Origin: Azolla caroliniana
Taxonomy: Eukaryota > Plantae > Polypodiophyta
Direction: 5' to 3'
Length of the DNA stretch: 64,000 nt
NCBI GenBank assembly: GCA_043228905.1
Contig: JBHGNT010000005.1
Location: 20,026,001-20,090,000 of the forward strand
The notes below the pieces were generated by a model. The model was given only the letters and a program-made list of their open reading frames with translations, was not told the DNA's origin and did no database searches. Position numbers and translations under genes: made by a program. This document shows positions 37,875 through 51,656 of this stretch, one piece after another (the first letter of the stretch is position 1; each line of letters begins with the position of its first letter).

Positions 37875-38002
37875 ATGTGTGTATGTGCTAATTACCTCGG
37901 AAGCGAGGTCTGGACATAGCGAGAAGCGAAGGTCGACTGAATGTTCTCATTGCCGTGGTGGATAAGATCGGAACTGGAGGAATATGCAGTGGAGAGCACC
38001 AT
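32801..38002 (-). CDS. GAD: Glutamate decarboxylase (PLP-dependent, with calmodulin-binding C-terminus), 505 aa, 8 exons
   Basis: Minus-strand exons 37896-38002, 36078-36282, 35590-35790, 35144-35358, 34460-34713, 34327-34379, 34057-34232 and 32801-33107; all introns are GT-AG with consistent phases, total 1518 nt. Motifs: [73 protein letters not shown] (PLP lysine), and C-terminal WKK...KKSYGIC resembling the plant CaM-binding tail. Confidence 0.97.
37090..37378. repeat. GC-rich tandem repeat, about 35 bp x 8, in GAD intron 1
   Basis: Unit approximately CTTCTCGGGGGCATCTCGGAGAATACCAAAAACCG. Confidence 0.85.
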
Positions 38003-38123
38003 TTTCAGTGAATAGCTTGTATAGAATTGAATCTAAGAGTATGTAGATGGTGTCAACAAGACAAGGGGGGAGGCACCTGAGTGGTCTAACTGCCTAGTGT
38101 GTGTGTGTGTGTGTGTATGTGGG

Positions 38124-38129
38124 TTTATA
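38124..38129 (-). promoter_or_regulatory. Candidate TATA box of GAD
   Basis: Minus-strand TATAAA about 120 bp upstream of the ATG, followed by a (CA)n tract. Confidence 0.4.
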
Positions 38130-41100
38130 AAAGAATGCCTCACTAGGGACCCATTGACTAGTGCTTGCTTGTAAGAGCGACCCTAGGGTCCAAGGACTAG
38201 TGGATATACATAAGAACGACTACTCTTGATGTTTTGAGTCACTAGTGTGTATGCATAAAAGTGTGTCCCTCGTGTTGTTTGCTAGCGCCTCGTGTATACA
38301 TCTTAAATATACATAGTAAGTATGGTCGGTTACTATGTATTAGTAAGAGAAAACAACGTGAAGCACGCAATAAAGGAATAAAGGAGAAGGAGAGGGAGAG
38401 AGATTGCTAGCAATTGCATTAAAATCACTAGTATTAGAGTGTGAATGCAACACCAAAAGGAACCTCAAGGATCGAATTTTTTGATATGAAAAGATCTATC
38501 ACCAAAACTAAAGGTGAGACAATGTGTTTAATATGGAATGACTCTGACTTCTTAAATAGTGTTTATAGGCAAGCTAAAAAGAATGGCACACTAAATGTCG
38601 GAGCGGATGTTGTTGTTGTCAGAATAGAATACTGACGATGACGAAAAAGAAGCAATTAATTGACAGTTTGGAGAGATGAGAATGAGAACACAACATGTGT
38701 GGTGAAAACACGGCATTAGACCAAGAGTTAGAAATAGGAATCATGATCCGAGTATTTTTGTTTCCTAACGGTGGAGATAGACAAATTGAAATTGAAATAC
38801 AAGAAGTTTTTGGAGTGCACTTCAAGATTGGACAAAAAAGTCTCATTGGCAAACAATGCAATGTATTCAAAGAAAAGCTAACAAAAAGTAATTGAAAAAG
38901 AAATGGAATGTGATCAATCATGGCGAGCAATCACGAGGACAAAATAAGAATATTCATGAGCAAGATGTTTTCGTGGCACTAAAATATCTACCTATTAAAT
39001 ATTATAGAAATATACACAACTTCGTTCTGAAATTTATTTCATGTATCAGGAAGAGAGTTAGACTGACAACGTGGCAAATGCTTCCATTCATTGACAGTGA
39101 ATTTGATATGCAGCTACATCACATAGTTGCATTTTCCTTGTTTTTTTCTCTAAAGCATCATCGTCATGCCTTGAAGGTAATACAAGGGCTTGGTTCAGAA
39201 GATGTGGGATAACTGTTTAAAAATATGTTATTGAGATAATTGTTTTAAAAAAAGTAACATTGACATTTTACTAGTCATTTAGCTAAAGGATAACAAAAAA
39301 GTAGTCAAGGAATAAAGCTTGTAATTGTAATACCACTCAAATGAAAGATATGAAAATTTGTTGGGTTATAAAAGTAGGTTGGACTCACAAGGTATGCTAG
39401 GAAACATTTAAATGAGGTGGAATGTTGACAAGAGAATCATTCTTTTGCTGCAAAACATAGACAAGGGAAGGGCTAAGATGTGATTATGTTTATAGACCTA
39501 AACAAAAAGGGAAAAATCACGTGATATCATTGAAAAATGTATAGATGCTCAATTTATGCATGGAAATATGTTTGAGGCCTACACGATGATCTTAGCATTC
39601 CTTGTTTGCTTGAAATTACTTTGTTCACAAATAATTGTCTATGCAACATAAGCAAGAAACAATATGAATTGGCCACAAAGCATGGGAATGGATTGGGTCT
39701 TAGATTTCTACAAGTATAAGAAGATGAACCAAATGGGTATAGCATTTTGACATGATAGTAGTGACATTTCCAATTTCTTTCAAGCATAATCCTTGAACTC
39801 TACATTGGATTCGCAGTAAATAATGGGCTATGGGTTGTGAAGGTAGGATAAGTGGTTTACATTTCACACTAGGTAGAGTTTGGTTGGGCACAACCATTAA
39901 ATGGATTTATATTGTGTCACTCAAATAATGTAATTTAGTACATGTGCAAATCCATGGATGATGACAAATATGTAGATTTAACAAATGGTTAAACTTGATA
40001 AGGTATAATTAGACTACTCTTATAGACTCTACCATATGTGTTTTTGGTGAGCTATTGATTGCTAGTTTATTGTTAAAAATTTGCAAGTTTTTGCTAAAAT
40101 GGGTGTGCATAATGGATGCACCAATCGTCCACAGCGTCATCCATGGGACATGAATAGTCCATTCATAATCCAATCACTTTACGTTAAGGTCAAATTGTTA
40201 TTTCACCTAGATAATTGGACTATTGTTACTCAACTTGTAAATGTTTGAACTTAGGAATGAAGGTTTCAGGTTTCAACTTGAGTTACAATATTAAAGGTAA
40301 GAAAACATTACTTAAGAATGAGGCAAAGTATGGAGCTTGTTTTCATTAAGAATTGGGTTTGGATGTGGGTACATGCAAACATAATGAGGGTGCAATATAT
40401 TTAGATTTTGAGTTTGTTGAACCCAATATTATTGAGCAAAAAAATGATCAACAAAAGTGTAATAAATTGAGGAGATAATATATTAAAGGTGTTTAACTAT
40501 ATAAACAACCCCTGAGTGAAGCACATGAGACGAACATAAATATCGCGGGTGACCCATACCACTAAATATTACCTTGTGTTATACGTTGGTTGTTGATTAA
40601 TGGATCTGAAAAAGAGAGCCTAGCCTCACCAATAAAGTCTTGATAAGATCTCATGATATCGCAATGAAGAGGTGGCTAGTCCTGGACCACCACGTGTTCC
40701 CACGTATATGGGTTTGTCCTAAATTCTAAGATAACCAATCTCCCAACTATCCTACCCCTAACCCATTAAATTTAGTTATAAAATTGGTTCGTAAGGTTAT
40801 GCCTATAATACGGAAGCATAAGCAGAGAAAGGGATCACACCCATTTTGCGATGACTTGTTTCACATCGAAGTAAGTGGGAGCTATGACAAATCATTGACA
40901 AAGGTGTAAAATAGTCAAAGTTGGAATGGCTCAAGGATGTATGGTGGTGTGCAATAGTTTGTTTGAGAGAGATGTAGGTTTTTTGTGAGTGTAGTAATGT
41001 GTTAATTGAGATCTTCCCACTTGAAGACAGGTTGTCCTTGGTTAAAGGTGTAGATGATGATAAAGTATAATGGAAAGAAATTAAGGTTAAAATGGATAGG

Positions 41101-42946
41101 TTAGAGGTTGAATTTTAGAAGATACATATAGGAAGATAAAATTTCTATTGGAATTAAATGTAAATATAGAAAGCTTTATTGGCTTTTGATTTTCTTTCTC
41201 CCCTCCTAAATGACGCATTTCCATAGGTTCTCCCTTGTTTGTGGTGTGAACATATGATGCTACTTGTCAATCTTGCTTTATCCTAAACTATATGCATATA
41301 AAGGTATAATTTTTATGATTTTCACTTTATAGGTAATTATAATGCTCAAGAATATAGAGGTATGGGGTTTGAAACTCGTTCCTTGTGTTTAGTTACAAAT
41401 TTCTGGATCTTCACTTAAACCAACAAGTATGCTTGGGTTTAAGCACTTTAGTTTGCCTTGCTATCATCTCCTTTTGTATTACCAATTTACCATCTCTAAG
41501 ATCTCCATTAACTTGTGCCCTCTTGACACTTGCATGGCCACCCTTGGATCTTCACATTGGGTTCACTAATGTCGAGATAGGTTTCACACTTGTAAACATG
41601 GATTTGACCTTTATTCGCAAGTGGAGAGGAGGGCTTAGTAGAGATAATTGTTTTGTAATGAAGACTATAGGATAGGAAATATATAATAAGAATTTAAAAA
41701 TTGAAACAAAAACAAAAGAACAATATAATGGAAAAGTATGTGATTTAAAGAATGGAGGTTTGAATCTTGGTGGAAACATACAATGATAAATTTGTAAGTA
41801 CCTCATGAATGTTAGAAATTATAATGCATAAAAATATACAACTTTATTGTTTCTTGTGTATATCCTCATTTAAACGCTAGATTGGTAAATTTCTTTCTTG
41901 TACCCTTGGTAAAATTATAAGTACTCTTTAGTTTAGAGGTAGTTCACACAATGTGCCACTCAACATTTACTAACATGACAAAATAACAAAAGACAAGCTT
42001 AATCATAACGATGAGAAGCTTATCCAAATGAAGAGAGACGTGCATATCCTTGTATGCGCTTTAACTTATGTGAATTAGGCTCCCATTTTATATCATTCCT
42101 CAAACCTATTCGCGGAATCATCTTAGATGCGTTCGTCCTAGTTAAGTAACCAACCTAGGCAATGCCAAACACCCTAATTTGAGTTTTCATCATACTTGAC
42201 TTCTCAGTTTAGGTTTTCTAATAGCTTATGCCATAAAACTATCATTTCCTTTTCATACTTGGTTACCTGACACTCATGGCGAGGCTCATTACAATACATG
42301 TATGTTACTCGTTGGGATATTACTCAAAATGGGAGGGTATGGATTGGTATGAATAAACCTAGGGATATTGACCCATGCATACTCCATCTACAACAACAAT
42401 AAGAGATTATTACCTTGTATATTTCCACCCAAAATATATGTCTTTGCCTAGAGCTACAAAGACATGAGAAATATATTGGTTGAAGTGGTTATGCATATAA
42501 TTTCCATGCACACAGGTCTTAGACCAATGAAGGACCATAAAATGTTAGCAGATAGGATAATTTATCCCATAGAATGCACCACGTGGGTTCCTCTTTTATT
42601 TAAGATTGATTGATTGCACTTCTTTGATTAGGTTGGCATAGGGAGTGGTTAGCCTAAAGGTCACAATAGTGATAATTTAATGTTACCTCTATAGCCACCT
42701 AGGAACAATTGATAATGTCCATTCCAACTCATGTCACCTACATTCCATCGAAGAATATGTGTATTTGGAAGTAATCGGGTGTGTACACACACACACGGGC
42801 GCGCGCTTGCGCATGCGCTTGTACGTACGTACAAGCACGACCACGCACACATAAATGTATAATTAGTCAAAAACCAATTCAATGTGATGTCATGTGATCC
42901 TTGATAATTATTAGGTCACAATAGGGTAAAAACATGAAATGATGTT

Positions 42947-43446
42947 TAACAATTGACAACGGTTCGGTTCGAGAGTATCAAACTCAAACCGTTAAAAAAA
43001 ATGAAACTTAAACCGAATTGAATTGAACCACAAAACCGTTTACAAAAAAATAAGCTCAAACCAAACGGTTTTAGAGACTTTCAAACCGTGAAACCGTTAA
43101 AACCACAATTTCGCACTTCAGATTTTGTTATCAAGTTAGGTCAAAATTCAAAATTTCACATTTAAATTTTAAAAAAAAAATGTTCAATATTTAAAGTTTT
43201 CTCCTAAAATATCAAAATCAAGCTTAAAATGTTCAAAATAATATTTAAGAAAATTATCGAGTGTCAATCCTAAACTGTTTGAACCGTAGTTTCAAAACGT
43301 TTAAACCAAAAATTGTTAAACCAATAAAGGCTAGAACCGAACCGAACCTGAACCGGTTACAAGAACCTGAACCTAAACCAAACCAAACCTTTAAGACGTG
43401 GTTTCAAGGTTTGATTCAGTTCAAACCTAGCCATTGCCAATTGCTA
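42947..43446. mobile_element. hAT-type MITE, 500 bp
   Basis: Imperfect 16-bp TIRs TAACAATTGACAACGG / CCATTGCCAATTGCTA (13/16 match). 8-bp TSD ATGATGTT (42939-42946) / ATGATGGT (43447-43454). Many subterminal AAACCG/CGGTT motifs. Confidence 0.8.
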
Positions 43447-46400
43447 ATGATGGTGTAAAAGATAATGTCTTGTCACTAAATGTTTTCAAACTATTATTTT
43501 CGGTCTTTTGATTGATCAAACAAACATTTGCTCTTAATCCCTACAAAATTAATAAGGTTTCAATGATATACCTTGGTAGGGAGGTTCTCACATATCGAGA
43601 AGCGAAGGTGGATTGGATGCTATCATGGTCATCATGATTTGAGTTAGATGCACTGGTATTGCTAAGCACCATATTTTTGTGTTTGTGTTTGTGTGTGTAT
43701 GTGTGTGTGTTGAGAGAGATAGAGAGAGATGAAGAGGGAAAAGCGTAAGAAGAATAGGCTCAATGACAAAATCTAAGGGGAATAATGTGAACATGTAGAA
43801 TGCTTTTATAGTTTCTTAAAAGAATAATGTCAAACTTAACCATACTCTTTGACCTAGTGATGGGGTTAATTGTGGCTATTTGATTATGTCTAATAAAGTT
43901 GCATTTTCTTATTGGATATTGGCATACTTGTATGTATTTCTCATAAATATGCTTTGAGATAATGTCACTCCACATGGTGTTAATAAGGTAACACACAACC
44001 AACTTAAATGAAGGATTTAGAAAAAATGGAGTGCACACTTTTGAGGAGTTTCATATACAAAAAGGTGTGGAGGACCAACCATAGAAGAATTAGAGTTCAC
44101 AAAGGGAAATCATCCAATACTTATAGATGACATTGGGGTCAAGTTGAAAATATGTTGCCAATGTCTTTATCTGCCATGTATAAAGAAAATACGCTTTGCT
44201 TCATTTTTTTTGTCAGCTACCTATTCTTTTAGTATGACCTAGTTCCTAGTGTGAAATTGTAGTGCGGTAGTTTGAATCTTGCCTTAAACTTAATGTATCT
44301 CAATCACTCACAATTAGGGGGTGACTAATGTTCTTGAGATTGGGGACAAATTCCATGTGAAGACTCTAATGGCTATCAAATGTTATTAATACCTCATACC
44401 ATATAGATTACTTATTTGGTTATGAAATAGCCTAGAGAGGGAGAGAAGAATTCCATTGTACAATATTCCATTGTTCCCCAAATGAAAGTACCATCTTGCT
44501 TTTACTTTACAAAAAGTATGTTCGAAAATCCATGCTTCCATGTATATTATTTACAAATAGTTGAGTTACATCGGCACCGATTATGATGGCATCCCATCAA
44601 CCCACCGCATTACTTCTCATCAATAGCTGTATAGGATGTCCTCTATACTATTGTGATGCGGTTAATGGATGTAGAACGACTTTAGGACATTTGATTTGCA
44701 CTCTCATACTAGATCCCATCTCATGAAATTAAGCTTGAAAATGTTTGGAAACTTGATCAAGTTACATGATACAAAATGTGAATCATAAAGAAATAAGTAG
44801 TATGTTAATAAAAAATGGATCATTTATATGTTGCATTTACAAATTCCAAAGAGCATCTCAATTCATACTTGTGAATAATTGTTTCCTACAAATGTTATAA
44901 AATTTTCAAGCATTAATAACACCTAATATAAAGTTTTATGTTGAATTATACGTAGCAAAAAAATTAAACAATCTTACTCTTTGGTGGTCATTGTTTAAAG
45001 AACTCTTGTTGTTGAAAATCTCGAAATAAAAGTATCGGATAATGTAGGAGGAAGGGCTACTTGTTCAGTATGAACATAACAAAGGTTTCACTTTACACTC
45101 TTCTAAAGATTACCATTGAACTATATCCTAGAATGCATTTGTACCCAATCTTTCGGAGATGAACGATGAAGACCGAAGGCAATCTCAATTGTAACAATGA
45201 GAATTGAGGGGGAATTTGGGGCAATGGCTTGGGAGAGGTAAATGTACAGGGTAAAGGAAACTTCGAGTAGTAAAGACAACCAACCCAATTCATAATTCTT
45301 CGTCATATACGATCAAGTCATATGAATGTATACTTTTGTTACAAATGAAGGTAGGTAATGTTCAATTCAAATCAAGCACAAATTTCACTCCAATAATCCT
45401 TGTTACAATCTAGAAAAAATATTTGTATTTTGATTACATGTAGGATAAAGGTATATTTCTTGTTGTCCTAAATGAAGCGAACACTCATAGGAAAGTTTTC
45501 AAAATCTATTTAGGTTAAAGATAAGTAGGAAAATTTCCGGTGGAGGTCAAAATGTTTTCTCAATCTCGATTTAACCTTGAACTTCATTTACAATTAAATA
45601 TTTAATAAAAAATAAAATAGATAAAATATAATATTTTGGTAATAAATAACTAGATATAGAATATGATGCTTCAAACCATTATAAGGTACATGTTTTGAAC
45701 TTAGCAACCATCATTTAATCAATGTATGTAAGCAACACATTAGAGCTAATAGTGACATGCTCTTAAACCTTAGTGCATGTGAGATATCAAATTAGGGAAT
45801 ATCATTTAGGATGTGAGGGGAAGAGAAAAAACAATCATCTTATATGTGAGGAGAATACAAGAGCAACGTTGTGTAAATATGCACGTGATGTGCTATTTTC
45901 AAGTGGAACCACTAGGGACTTGACCAAGGAAGATGGCTTTGGTGTTGAAGGATCACAATTGATGATAGTTTGACAATCCCTTCTTCTCTTCTTGTGCATT
46001 AGAATGTATATGACTTTTGTGTACAATAAATTGTCTATGTACGCTCACGCTTTTTGTGCATGTGTAACCAATTGGTTTTTGAGCATAAGCATGAGCGTAT
46101 TAGGTGTGTGCACAAATATGTTCTCTACTATATGTTTCTTTGATGCATTTGTATGTATGTGATTGTGATTGTGAGTGTAGGTGTAGAATCTAGATGCACC
46201 TAAGAACGTGTAAATAAGCGTGCCGTTGGGTACACTTGTGGATGATCACAAATATTAGTGTGTACTATTGTGTTTTATGTACCTTGGTATGTGTTATGTA
46301 TTATGTATATATGAACAAAATTGGCCACCCATATGTACTTCTATGAACCTCTCTACCTTTACATTTTTTACATCACCGTTCACTTCCAATCACTACCATT

Positions 46401-47899
46401 CTTCTCTTGGGTCTTACTGTAGCTTCGGCTTGAAGCTTTGGAACCGACGATCTTCTTCTCATTGATTGGAACATTCCATCTCTTGAACACACAAGTTTCG
46501 AGGTTCAATGATGGAGAAACTCTACCGCACTCTGAATTTTAATCTTCTTCTAACAAGGTCATGGGCATAATGTTATTGGGGTACCTTGTGGCAACTTCTT
46601 CCTCTTGTATTCCCTCCATCTTGCCTTTAAGCACTTTACTTTCACATGACTCTACAACCTCATGTGAGTCCCTAGATATAGTGAAGTTTGAGCCCTCTTT
46701 CATTCTCTTGGCCTTTGCTTTGACCATCTTGTATCCATATGTTAGGAAGGTGGTGTACCATACCTTTACCCTTAGTGTTCTCTTCATGTTGTATATGGGT
46801 TTTTGTATTGTCCTCTAATTCACTTCCACATGCATTAGTCGTTAAACACTCCTCTCTCTCTCTATTCCTGAACTTGAATTCTCTCCTCAAATGTTCTGCT
46901 TGGCATTTTGCTCGTATGTCTCGAGCTTTCTAGAGTTGAACTTGCTCATTCAACATTCAACGCATGCAATGAACCCTTGTGGATTGGATTCCCATGCGCT
47001 TGTCAGGTGCCCCACGCTTGTTTCTTGTCATTGATGCTTGACTTTTGTCCTTATTCTCTCTTGACCCTTTAAAGCGCGAATGTTGCTTGGTTGGTGGGAT
47101 GCCAAGATTTTTGGGACTCGGTTTCATGGGTTCGTCCCACTGCTTAAAAACTCTTTTTGCTCTTAGCTTCCTTTCAGAAACTTTGATTCATAAAATGGAA
47201 ATTTTATCATGGCCCTAATAGAATTCTCAAGATGATGTCGAATTGGACTCCTCAATGTGTGAAATCAATTTTATGTATAACTTTTTGCTCGTTGCACAAA
47301 TTAAGAAGCTGAAATTCTACCACGATCCATGTTAGATTATAGATCACATGAACAAAATTGCAAGTGTTCCTTCATGTTCATAATTTTAATATAGGAAAGT
47401 GGGGAAAATCCTTGACAAGTCACAATAATTCGGAAGAACAAGAGATGAACATACAAATACCTTTGACAATAGTTATAACCTTTTTACGTATGGTGGGAAC
47501 GAATGAGAAGATGAGAGACAAAATACAAAATAATGTTAGGAGAAGATTTTGAGTTTAGCGTAGTGGGTATCAACCAATGGGTACGTTGCATTTTGTTGTC
47601 GTAGCCAATCAACACACCCTCTTGAATCTTTATCCCATTTTGTTTTGTTCATGAACAAAGTCTAGACTTGTCTTTCTCCAAAACGTGTCACCAAATTCCG
47701 TGCCCTTGACAATGAGCTCTCATTCTCATTTTATATTGGGTAAAAGTAGTCTAAACTAGACTAAAGTTCATGGGGTTAATACTTTAATAAGCATGAAGAA
47801 TCACGATGTGTTTAATCATGTGTTATGATCTATTGGTGGACCCTATATAATCTATCCTCAATTTCATGAGTTTGGGAACTAGCTTGGCAAAATATATTT

Positions 47900-49600
47900 G
47901 TAACAAAATCATCTTTTCACCCCTCAATTGCCACATTAGGATAGAGGCCAGATGCTTGTCCATGCAAAATGTGATGGGTAAACGCTGAAGCGGACTTGTG
48001 AATCAGACACAAAGACTTCGTTAATCTATTTTTGGTTTCACAAATTCTTCGGTTTCCATGGATCCTACTAATGGAGTAGCCACAACAAGTGAGAAGCTAT
48101 TTGGCTTAGTTCAAGCATTATCACATGTATATAACTAGGCTTTTCAAGTACTCAAATGGTTTGGCTCATGCATGGCAAAAAAGAGCATCGAAATGGATGT
48201 CACACTTTTGTAAACCTATGTGCTTCCCCATCAACCAAAGCAAAATAATGAATGTGATAATAAAAATATGCGAACCTAACATCCCATAACATATCACCCC
48301 ACTATGAGATCCATTGTAATTTTTCTTATAGCAAGGAATGACCATGGTCACACCTCATTTGCAAACCAAATGCTTTTAACAAGACTCTATGGGCAAGGAT
48401 TTGTCCACCACCTTCATTGGGGCTAACTTACTACGAATGTTTTTCAAGTACACACACAACAACAAACATAGGTGGTGAAACCCTCAATGACATTAGATGA
48501 AGTCGGTACCCAAGCATAGATAGAGTGGAACATGCAAAATGCTTCCAATATGTCCAGTATCTCCTTTGTAAAAGTGGAAGAGAGAAACCACATGACAAAC
48601 CTTTGTGAAGTCCATATCACCTTGGACACACAAACAACTACTAATGATATTTCTTAGAGCTACAAGACAACCAAGTTTCCTTTTACCCTCAATTGTTTGT
48701 TAGGTCTTATGTTGTTTTTCATGCACAAATTCGTTGGTTGAAAAGGGTCACACCCCTTGCGCCACTAACAACCCCAATGTCCATTTCCATGGATGTGGAC
48801 TTACTAAACCCCACCATTGACCCCTTGGTGCTTGATGAGTGATATTCAATTATAAGAGGTGAAACTTTTCCCCCATCAAGAAATTGAAGTCTTTACTTGC
48901 CATCAAATGCTAAATAAAAGACATAGATGAGCTTCATTACTTTCTTGGAATTAACATCGTCCACATACCATGTAAGATCATGCTTTATCAACACCGTTAC
49001 ATCTTGAACTTGTTCAAATTTGGTATGACGGATTGCAAGCCGATACAACTTTCTCACATATCATCAATAAATAATTGGAAGCATTATTTACTTGATAATC
49101 ACTCATACTAACCCTAGCTACAAAGTCATATGTGTAAGCTAATTCATGAAATTATGTTCCATGGGATGAGCACCTCAATTGTGGAGTGGAGGATGCAATG
49201 TGTAAATGACACCACTAACAATAACATATCCTACAAAGAGAGAGTTTTGGTTAAACTTGAAGGCTATAAAACACCAATCAACATTACAATAATCAATAGA
49301 TGGTGGCTCTATCGAACATGGAGGCGGAGTATCAGGATACCATCATCACCAATTGTGAAGTTGTATAGCTCTAGTGGAACTTGAAAGACTTCAACATCCA
49401 TTTGAAGCTACACATAGTTCATATTGAAGGGAGGTGTTGCGAAAACAAGATCAACCACACCTTGTGTGAGAAAAAATACTCATTGGGACACTTGTATGTA
49501 TTGAATCCCACCATTAAATTTGTGAATGTGAGATGCCCTTTCATTGAATCAAATGGATACCTTAGCTATCCCACTTTACTATCTCATTTATTACTAGATT
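47900..49600 (-). mobile_element. Possible highly decayed Gypsy integrase remnant
   Basis: Only scattered minus-strand fragments (e.g. LYNFTIGDDGIL near 49340-49375). No continuous ORF; boundaries are approximate. Confidence 0.25.
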
Positions 49601-51656
49601 CTTCCTTACTTCTATGTGTATTTACATAGGAGTTCTATATAAACAAATATGCCTTTGTTATATGTGGCATTGATTATACTCGATTTGCTTTAAGTGCCCT
49701 TGTATCTTTATTGTAGTCTTCCCCCATTATGATTAGGATACTTTATACTCAACTGTCTTGCCTCTTAGAGGTGAAAGGAGAGCTTATTGTGCTTTTGAGA
49801 ACACATGTAATAATGGAGAAATACCTTTTTTACACTTTGGTGACACTTATTCTTCTCTATCGTGTGTATATATGGGGTGGTAACATTCCTCAGTCCACTT
49901 GGAAAGAGTTTGAAATTGTCCAAAAATATTCAATACTTCTCCAAGTCAAGAAATAAATGTCGTACATCCTTCTATTGAGATCAAGGCCATTGAATGGGTT
50001 GTCAAATACATGCTTAAGGATTAAAATTGGCCATCACATTGACTTCTAAGAATCATATGGGAAGCATGCACTATTATCGGTTAAGGTGACACAGTGTCGA
50101 ATCCTCAATCCTTCGAGATTCGTCTCAAGGTTATTGTGGTTCAGGAATGGAGAGTACGTCGTAACCATGACACGGGTGATTGCACCCTGAGCTCGTAAGT
50201 GTTACGTAATCATGGAGACTGTGGAGATTAGGAAGACGACTACAACCGACTTCTTACGCAATAGCATACACAACATATATGACTCAACACAAAAATGAAC
50301 TCGACACGAAAAGCAGATACAAAGAGTTACGAGACATAGAGAGTCAGGCAAACAAAAACTATATTGCAGATGTTTTGAATACAAAATTATCGCTCACTAT
50401 TACAAGTTTTCCATGCCCTTTACATATAGGATTATGGTCGGTTAAGCACGGTGTGTGAACCGTTACTTTTTTTTAAAACTATTAATTCCGCTTTGGATAT
50501 TACTCCCTCTTCATTACGCTATGGCCCCACCCATCTTCTTCGCTTGCCGTAACCATCCCTTTGTCTTTTCTCCTTCTCGACCTTTCTCACTTGGCCGTTC
50601 AAGGTGGCCCAAACACATGGCACGCCTGTGGGACAGTGCTTGCACGGTCGAACCCAGAGAAGACCTTCCTTTGTCGTCGAAGATGTCGAGGATGTTCGGC
50701 TCCGGGTGATCCTTATCTACGAGAACTACGGTAGGTTTGAGGGGGGGTGTAGGCGCGGGTTCGAGGGGGCCGACAGGCTCTGTTGTCTCCGATTCCACAG
50801 GGGGTGGGGGTGGGTGTGTAAGTTTCGTCAGTTCTGGTGTAGGTGGGCCGATGGGTTCTATTGGTTCCGGTTTAGCCTCTTGAGTGTGTTCTTCTGGTGG
50901 GCCTTCTACTGCTCGTTCAACGGTTGGTGTCTATTATGCTCGCGACTCTTCTAACGTTGTCGTGAAGAAAACCGTCCACAAGAGGAATCCGTGCACCAGA
51001 GCGTAGGAACCGGCTCTTCATGCACGTGCGCCTTATGTTGTACATAGGAGATCCTAGGCGGGCAGATTCGGTAGGTAGGAAGTAAAGGGGGAAACGGCTC
51101 CTTCTTTGCCTATAAAAGAGGGAGACGAGGAGGAAAAAAGGATCGCGGAGAGTCGAGGATGAAGTGCTGTCGGTTTGCGTGCGAAGGCTTCTCTCTCTCT
51201 CTCTCTCTCTCTCTTTCTGGTTGCAAACGCCATAGCTTCCCTCTGTGCAGGTTTCGGGAGGCTCGCGCTGCTCTGAGGAATGCCCGAGTGCTTCCTGCAG
51301 CACCTCCAACCTATCCCCCCCCCCCCCCCTGTGCGTTTACGAGCAGGTATCGGCATCTGTTCGCCGGCCTGTTCGGTTGTAACCTTCTTCGTGTTTTGTT
51401 GTCTTCGTGTTCTTGTTGTTTGTCTTGTCAATACATACATACTTTCGTGTCTTTCTGTGTCGCTGTCCCACTCGCGTCTTTGCGTCGAAGGGCCGTGTCC
51501 CTGTGAATCTACACCCGCACGTAGTGGGTCTCTTCTCTTTCTCTCTTGCTCTTCGGTACAGGACCCCCGAGGTCCCGCCTCACTCCACGCATCCGCGAGG
51601 AATACCTCGACATATTTGGTGAACCCGACGTGAAGGAGGCGGCAGAAGAGCAGAAG

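Noticed and set aside
38441-39212. Chain of short + strand ORFs upstream of GAD
   Set aside because: No recognisable motif or splice pattern; possibly a decayed transposon, but it cannot be assigned.
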